Below are positions 42,411 through 64,000 of a DNA stretch of 64,000 nucleotides, in pieces; the first letter of the stretch is position 1, and the number at the start of each line of letters is the position of its first letter. The notes below the pieces were generated by a model. The model ran no database searches. It saw nothing but the letters and a program-made list of their open reading frames with translations, and was not told where the DNA came from. This DNA comes from Vicugna vicugna (taxonomy: Eukaryota), in the NCBI GenBank assembly GCA_013265495.1, contig MU058045.1, forward strand, positions 593,986-657,985. Direction: 5' to 3'. A program made the translations under genes and the position numbers.

Positions 42411-45400
42411 TTTCCTTTAATACTGTTTGTGAGATTCATCCATGTCATTTCATTCCACTCTCATTGCTATTCAGTATTACATTATATGGATGTCATATAA
42501 TTTATGTATTCTATTGCTGTTAGGCACTTTTTCTAGATTTTGGTGATTTCAAATATCTCCACATATTTTTTAAATTAATGTTTTAAACTTAGCTTAACTT
42601 TTCATTACAGACTATGTGTTTACAGAAAAAACCAGGTAGAGAAGCATAAAGATGTAAAACAGAAATAACTCTTACTCCTTTCACTCAGCAAAAACCATTA
42701 TTAACATTTGACCACTTCCTTCTAGTATTTTCGTACGTGGTTGCAATTCTACTATACATATGACTTTATATTGTTTTATGCAATTAACATTAGATCATAA
42801 GTATTTGTTCATGTCATTCTGTCAATGTGGAAAAGATTAACACTCAGTAAATCTAGGTGAAGAGTATACAGGTGTTCATTGTACTCCTTCAACTTTTCTG
42901 GAGGTTTGGAGTTTTTCAAAATTAAGAAGTTATAGGTGGGAAGGGAACTAATCACAAAGAAAAAGCAAGTGAGTGATAACACGAATGATAACACAAAATT
43001 CAGGATACCAATTGGGTGGGGGCAGAAGAGGAATGTGAAATATAGAAGAGCATTATGAGGCTTTAAAGGTATTACTGTTATATTTATTAAACCAGATAAT
43101 GGATACATGTGTTCATTTTAATATTCTTTGTGGTTGATGTCTGTTATATATGCTCTTTTGAACCTATGAAATAGTTCTCAATAACACATATAATTTTAAA
43201 ATTAAAAACTTCCTTTCTATCATGAACTTACTACTCTGTATGAGGTCCACATACTGCTTGCCAAATACTTTCTTACTCAACTTAAACTGCTCTTCTTCCT
43301 CTCTGCTCTATAAATCTTAGTTACCTTTGGGGGTCTACTTCAAATACAACTACATATGGAAAGTTCTTCAATGAGTCCCCATCCCTCCCTAAGATCTCTT
43401 CTTTAAACTCTCAGATTTTACAGCCCACACGATCATCACTATCATATATTATTAATTAACCTTTTTGTGTGTTTGATCTCCAGTGTCTCTCCTCCCTCCC
43501 CCTAGGTAATCCTTTGGTCACTAAAAAATTTTCAAGGTGCTTTAAAAGATGCACAATGAAAAAATATGTTTCCAGTGGTAACAACTAGTTTCTTGTGTAT
43601 TCTTCCAGGAATATTCTATGGACATTCACATTTTCTTTCATCAATGGTACCATTTTACATATGCTCTTGTATATCTTTCCTTTCTTACCTTCATATTTCA
43701 ATTAGTTTTTAAACTAGAACCTCACTAATCCCAAAAGTCTAACTACATTACATACATTTATTATACTTTGCTTCTGTACTTTTCTCTGCAAAGAACTAGA
43801 GATTAGTGAGGAATGATTTCTTTAGAGAAATCATACTACTATTTGTCCCATTTGGCTTCATTTGCTAATGTAATCAGGAGGCTACATGTATTTGTTTACA
43901 CAAATAATAAATGATACTTTCTCATTTTAAAAATTCAGAATTATCAATAAAGCTAAATATCCCCTTTGACTATTATTTCTCAAAAGTAACCACTGTTACC
44001 AATTTGGTATGTATATGTCCAGGATTTTTAAAGGCATTTTTATATATATATATGATTGTAACTGTAGAAACATATAGTATTTAGTTTCTTTGAACATAAA
44101 TTAACCAAATGCTATCATAATGTATGTATTGTTTTGCAGCTTGCTTTTTTCCATTCAACAATACTCTTACCTACCCCCTACCAAAAAAAAAGAATCTCAC
44201 AATGTAGATGTAACTCATTTTTCTTGATTGCTATGTAGTTTATTTAGCTATTCACTACTGTTTGAGATTTACAGCGTTTCTAAGTTTTTGCTATTACAAT
44301 GTTGTAATGACCGTCTCTGTATGTGTCACCTTATGCACAAGTGTGATGACTGTTTCTCCAGGGTAAATGGTAAGAGGTAGAACTCTGTCAGAAAATTTGT
44401 TAAGTTTAATAATGTTCTAGATACAATTAAATTGACCATTGCCAGTTCTATAGTATACTTGTTACAGATAAGTTATATATATGACCATCAATTTTACATA
44501 TTAGTTCCTTTAAAAACCTACGACATCCAATGACTTAGAAGTCATTTAGTAGATAGAGAAAAGATTAGCAGACTAGAAACTGGAAGATATGGTTCAAGTT
44601 CCAGTTCTGTTCCCGTAACTAACTTGACCTTAGGCAAACCTTTCAACATCTGGGCCCCAGCTTCTGTACCTACAAAATTAAAGTGGTGTTTCCTAAAATA
44701 TGGTACCTATACCATTGGTAGCATACAAGGCGCTTTTATTTTTATTGACTTTTAATAGTTATTTGTGAAGTAAGTTAGGAAAATTATAATTACCCTATCA
44801 AATCAATTACCCTATCTATGGATATTCTTTCTTAGTAACATAATTTACGTTTTAAAGGATACTCATTTAAGTTAAAAGTGAACTGACTTAAAAGGAAAAT
44901 ATTATGCCTATATAGGTGGCATGTGAATATGGCAAGTCATGAATATGATATATGGACTGAGGTTCCTTTCTTCATGAAATCAAGACGAAGTTAGATTAAA
45001 GCAGTAGATCCCAGACTTTTAGATTACAGTGACTAGTAAAACATTGAAAAAAAGTTAGTGATCAACAATGGAGTTGTTGACTTTTTATTGTGCTAATTAA
45101 TGACATTAAGAACAATAAAAAACAAACCTTTATACTCATCACCATTACTTAACAGATATTAAAAATATTCTTTTGTAACTATAAAAAACATACACATATA
45201 CGTTGAACATTTTTCAAGTTGTACAGAAGTATAAAAACTCATTTTCTTTCTTTTTCTCTCTCTCTACAAAATCTATCAGGGACATCCTTCCATACAGATC
45301 TACCTCATTTTTAGAAAGGACATTTAAAATAAATATACTGGTAAGTGTATTATCATGTATATATACATACATATATTTTATATTTGTTGCATGTAAGTAT

Positions 45401-48400
45401 AGTTATATATTTATTTTACATAAAATATATATAAAAAATATATAATTTCAGAGCAAAGGACAGATCTTCCCAGGAAAGGGCAAGTGGCAACCTTACTTAG
45501 CCATTTGAGAACACTGGTTCAGATGACCTATCTCTAAAATTCTGTAATTAAATCTAGAAAATCTGCAGCATTTATACACCTTTCATTATTATCACTACCC
45601 TCTATATTTCAAAAGATAACTAGGAATCTCTTTAATATCTCCTTCAGTAGAAAATCACAGATTGCAAAGTGCTTTTTCAGTCCTTTGATCTGCTAGTTGC
45701 ATGAGTTCATGCCTGTGCTCTATCAATCACTCTCAATGGTTCCCTGCACCAGGATTTTAACCTGGGCTCCACAGATTTCAGAATAACATATGTGGAATTT
45801 TGTGAAGATACTTTTTTTCTGGGAGAAGCCTTTCTATGATCTAAAAAAGGTTAGAAATTATAGCCTTGGGTAAGTTTCTAGCTTTTACTTTAACTGAATA
45901 ATCTTATTTTGGCTTGGGAATCCCTTACAGTTTTTTTCTTGTTCTTTTTTTGCTGGGGCATCTAATTTCTGGTTTACATTTGACAGCTGCATCTCTGAAT
46001 TCCTTGTTCTCACCTTAATGGTCTTCTCATTAAAAACAAAAATAATTCTCTTCTACCAATTAGTCATATGGTATTTTAACTTTTTATTTTATTTTTATTT
46101 TTTGACATACAGAGAAACAGAAAAAGGCAGAGAGTGGTACCCACATTGGAACTGACAGGCAGGGAGACAAACAGCTAGAGACAGCAAGACACACATGCAC
46201 AGAAAAAAAGGCCTAAGGACAGACAGAACAGACAGCTAAAAGAAATAGAGAGGAACCTGGAAACACAGAAAGAGAAACACAAGAACCGAGCAGACAGAGA
46301 AGAAGGATAGAGAAAAAATAGACAGGCTGGCAAGGAGAGAAAGAATTACTGACAAGAGAGGCAGGCAAGATCACCAAAAGGGACACAGACAGACAAACAG
46401 AAAGAGGGAGAGAGAGACAGAAGGAAGGCTGACAGAAAACAATAAGCAAAGAAATAAGACAAAGTGATAATAGCGTTTTATACTACGTAGTGCTTTATAA
46501 TTTATAAATTGCTATCACATACATTATTGCAGGCTGACAGGGAGAATCCAGCAGACAGATGGGGTGATGGAGAGATACAAGCCAATCAGACAGAAGAAAG
46601 GGAAGGTGGCCAATCAGAAAGAGAGGCTAGAATGGAGCCCAAGACAGACAGTTAAGAGGAAAGAGAGAATCAAGAAAAGAGAAGTGAGAGGGAAAGAGAG
46701 GCAAGAGACACAGATAGAGGCTGAAACAGTTAAATTCAGGAATACAGGCAGTGAAAAAGCAGAAGTGCATTGTGTGTAAAGGTTTTATAATCATCTTTCT
46801 GAAGAGACCTGGATAGAGGCTGTTGTCTCTGCTTCCCCCAAGGAGATATAATGTCTCTACGGTGGCATGTGAGAGGGGGCAGAAGGATAAAAAAGGGGAA
46901 AAGTTTTAGTAAGAAGCAAAGTTTTTTAGACTGAGAAGAAGACCAACGTCTTGGACAGGCCTAGATCAACAGCCTAAGGGTACTGCTGAACCTATAGGGT
47001 CTAGATTCATATTCCTTTAAAGAATTCGTATAGACTGTGGGAAAGCAGAGCAGGCCCGTCTACTACGTGTGCCTGTAAGCTCAGCTAACAAATTATCTGT
47101 ACTTATTAATCATATCTATATTTATCAAGTATTTTTCAGTGCTACCAGGGTTTTCATGTTTTTTCTGGAGGAAGCGTCCAGCAAAACTGGGAGAGAATTA
47201 GGAAGGAGTGCAGCAAAAAGCACGTAGACTTATATATGTGTAGACTCTTCTCTGAACAAGATCCAAGAATATGTAGTGACTGCCTCAGAGGAGAGGAAAA
47301 GGTGGATAGGAGGGGGGCTTATTCTCACACAGGATACTTCTAGTACTTTTTCTACCATGTGTATGCACTATTTAAAAGTTGATAGAAAAAAAAAAGAAGG
47401 AAAAGAAATCAAGCAGAGATGTAGACAGCAAGAGCCAGGCAGGCAGACAGCAAAAAAGCAGGAAGACAAGGAGAGACTGGGAAAATGGCAAAAAGATTGA
47501 GGTAGGCAGACTGAGAAACCAGAAGACAAAAAGGAAAAGAACAGAAGTGGAGGCAAGCAGGGAGAGAAGAAAGGGTAGGGGGTATGGCGAGAAGGCAGGT
47601 AAGTCTTTGGAGAAAGGCAGGTCACTGACAAGTCTTGGGTAGCAAGACCATCACCACCGATGGGATGTTGGAATAGGGGAAGCCAAGGGAGAAAAAGCTG
47701 ATAAGCAGACATGCTAAAAAGATACAAGCATTAAACAGCAGGAAAGCAGCAAGCAAGCAGGGTAGGCAGGCAAGAAGACAGACATAAAGGGAGGCAAGGA
47801 AAAATCATGAACCTCACAGGCACAGAGAAGAGGAGGAACAAGAGGAAGGGCAAGATAAGAGGCAAAGCAAGATAGGGAATGTGGTAGGGCCTGGAAGGTA
47901 GACAAACCAAGAGACAGAGACCAAGAAAGTGATAGAGACAGGCAGGCGGGGAGACAGATGGCTAGAGAGAGAGTGGTGGGCAAACAGCCAGAGAAGCAGA
48001 CAGACAACCAGAGAGAGAAAGAGGCTGCCAGCCAGTCAGGGAGGAGCAGACAGGCAGGCAGGCAGACACCATAATAGGAGCAAGCAGGTAGAGAGGCAGG
48101 CAGAAACAACGATAGAAGAAGAAAAATCAAGAGGTCAGTAGGGAGAGACGAGAGAACAGGAGATGCAGGCAGGCGGAGGGGGAGATGGACAAGAGGGAGA
48201 ATCAGGCAAATTAACAGATCCGTATGCAAAGCACACAAGAGAGAATGATGACTGTTTATACAGGGATGCACACAGCGACCTTTAGCCACCCACACCTGCA
48301 GCTCATGGCACATGTGGCAGGCAGGCAGGGGTGCTCAGCACAGAGGGAGAAGGCACACAGGCAGAGAGACTTGGGTGCACATGATGCACAGGGCCACCGA

Positions 48401-50399
48401 CGTACACGTAGGGACACTCTTCCCAGACACACACAGGGCCAGAAAGGGGGAGTCAGGCACACATGAGGAAGAGGCACAGGCAGCCAGAGCCCAGAAGACA
48501 GAAGTAAAAAGAAAGAAGACGGAAATGGAAAGACATTTAGAGGTGACAGAACCTGAGAGTCAAGGGATGAGAAAGACAGTCTCGGGGAAACAATAAAGAC
48601 ACACGTACACAGAAGCCCATATACAGAAAGAGGGGGATACCCAGATGGACTAGTACAGAGGACATAACAAAACTAAATGGAAGAGGGATAGGAATTACAC
48701 TCAGTACACGAATGATACGGAGTAGAGGCAAGAGAATTCCAAAGTCCAGGTTAAGAAAAAGATGGAAATCAATGCTCAATAAAGTGCATTAGCTGGGGTT
48801 GGGGGTGGCACATCAATGAAAAACATTTAAGCCTTGTAAGCACAGTGTTCCCTGTCACTATACTTTCTGGTTGCTGTCTACCTACCCCTCCCTCTTAAGG
48901 TGCTTCCAAATCCTGCAAGGGCTGCTGGGTGACTGGCAGCTATACTTAAGAGGTGGAGAAACCAAGAGAGAAAATGATTCCACGGGCATGGGATGGGAAG
49001 CAAGGGAAAGGGCTAAGTGAGATCAAAAGAATGGGAGGAAACTAGGGTAAGAAAAGGGTGACAAGAACTCAGGGTTGAGCTGAGCTGTTTGTCCTCCTTC
49101 CATTGTTCAACTGGGAAGTTTTATTTTATGACTTCTCTGACCAAATCTCCAGATGAGAAAGCTACTTTTGGACTCCTTTTCAATCTTCCGTCTGATTCCT
49201 GGTACCACTTTTAAGATAAACATTGGGGTACAATGGGAAACCATGGGTCAGAAAGTCAGAGGAAAACACATGTGTAAGACCCTACCTCTTTTTCTCAGTC
49301 CCAGTTACTTTTCTCTTTCATGGTACCTCAGTTTCTTCCACTTTATCAGCGTTGGAGATCAAGGGAAATATACTGAAACGGGAGAAAAGAGAAAATACTT
49401 TCACAACCTTCATACTTAGCCCTTTTCCCTTTATTCTTAAAATCTATTCTATTTACCCCTAAATTAATTTCCCAAGTCAGTTGAATTTTATATTCAAGTA
49501 ATTGGGGGAGGGGAGGGCAAGGTAAAGGAGAAAAGAGTAAGGATAAAATTTACAACAACTATAAATCACTGAAAAGGCTGGGCAAAGGGGAGAATCAAAC
49601 ATGGACTCCTTTGAAAAAACTCAATCATCGTATCTATTCATATCTCTCCCCCAAAAGTCACTAGGATTTCTATCACTTTTTTAAAGAAAGAAAAAAAAAT
49701 CCAGTACCACTTCTCACCTAAAAGATACGTATACAATTAAATGCATTTTGACTCCAATGAGGTATGTAGAGACAGTTATCTATAAACATATATTTCATCT
49801 TTTTCCTTTTCAATGCCTGAAAGGGAAAAAAAAAAAAACCTTCACATCAAAAGACTCCCTTCTGAAGTATTCAGAAAAAAAAAAAAAGCTTTTCTTTAAG
49901 AGAAGGGAGGTGGGGAGGAAGAGACTAGTAAAGAAAAGAAAAAAATTTAAATCTAGTTGGACTAGTATCTAACTAGTTAACCTTTAACAATTTATGCTGA
50001 TGTCAGACTGAGCATGAGTACTGATTAATGCCCCCCCCAAATATTTTTTATAAGGGGGGAGTTAGTTACAGCAGCCATTTTTGTTTTATGCAGAAATCCT
50101 TCATGCCCCCCCAACGCGCACACAGACACAGACACACACACACACACACACTCACACTCAGTACAACACAAGGAAAATATCTCTATTAATCTGTGCACTA
50201 ATCAGTTATGAAAAAAGGCATAAATTTGTGGGTTTCTGGGTAGAGGCTTGGAGATGGGGGTGTAACAGGGAGGAGAATGGAGGGGGGGTGAAAAATGAAA
50301 CATTAAGCCAGCCATTTTGTTTTAAAAGGGGATTTTTCCCCCCTCTCCCTTTCTTCATGGAGGGGGTGGCGGTGCTGGAGGGGGGGTTGTTTTAAAAAT

Positions 50400-64000
<13,601 letters not shown>

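Larger units (their letters stand above)
33300..46100. repeat. AT-richer intergenic spacer filled with old MIR/L2/L1 remnants
   Basis: MIR-like cores (e.g. about 36500-36670 'gcacagagaggttaagtaacttgccaaaggtcatac', about 40080-40260, about 44570-44690) and L2-like tails (about 37280-38200). No credible exons. Boundaries approximate. Confidence 0.6.

Noticed and set aside
47714..48313. 199 aa Leu/Ser/Cys-rich minus-strand ORF resembling a membrane protein
   Set aside because: By-product of the pyrimidine-rich strand of the purine-skewed tract.

Overview
Mammalian genomic DNA, probably a camelid judging from two vic-1-like tRNA-derived SINEs. It covers the conserved block DNAH2 (3' end, +), KDM6B/JMJD3 (+), TMEM88 (+), NAA38 (-), CYB5D1 (+), a repeat-rich spacer of about 17 kb, and CHD3 (5' part, +). 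Exon boundaries were read from splice sites and compared with my recollection of the human proteins; no database search was run. I see no previously undescribed biological system. The most notable observations are: three frame-breaking lesions in the Pro-rich half of KDM6B (probably assembly artefacts); an out-of-frame orthologue of the human canonical CHD3 first exon; an in-frame, stop-free TMEM88 intron; a GC-AG intron and a G-run acceptor in DNAH2; uORFs, several candidate first exons and RFX/NF-kB/AP-1/STAT motifs at KDM6B; and a cluster of TCTCGCGAGA-type palindromes in the NAA38/CYB5D1 bidirectional promoter. Two N gaps fall in GC-rich promoter regions.
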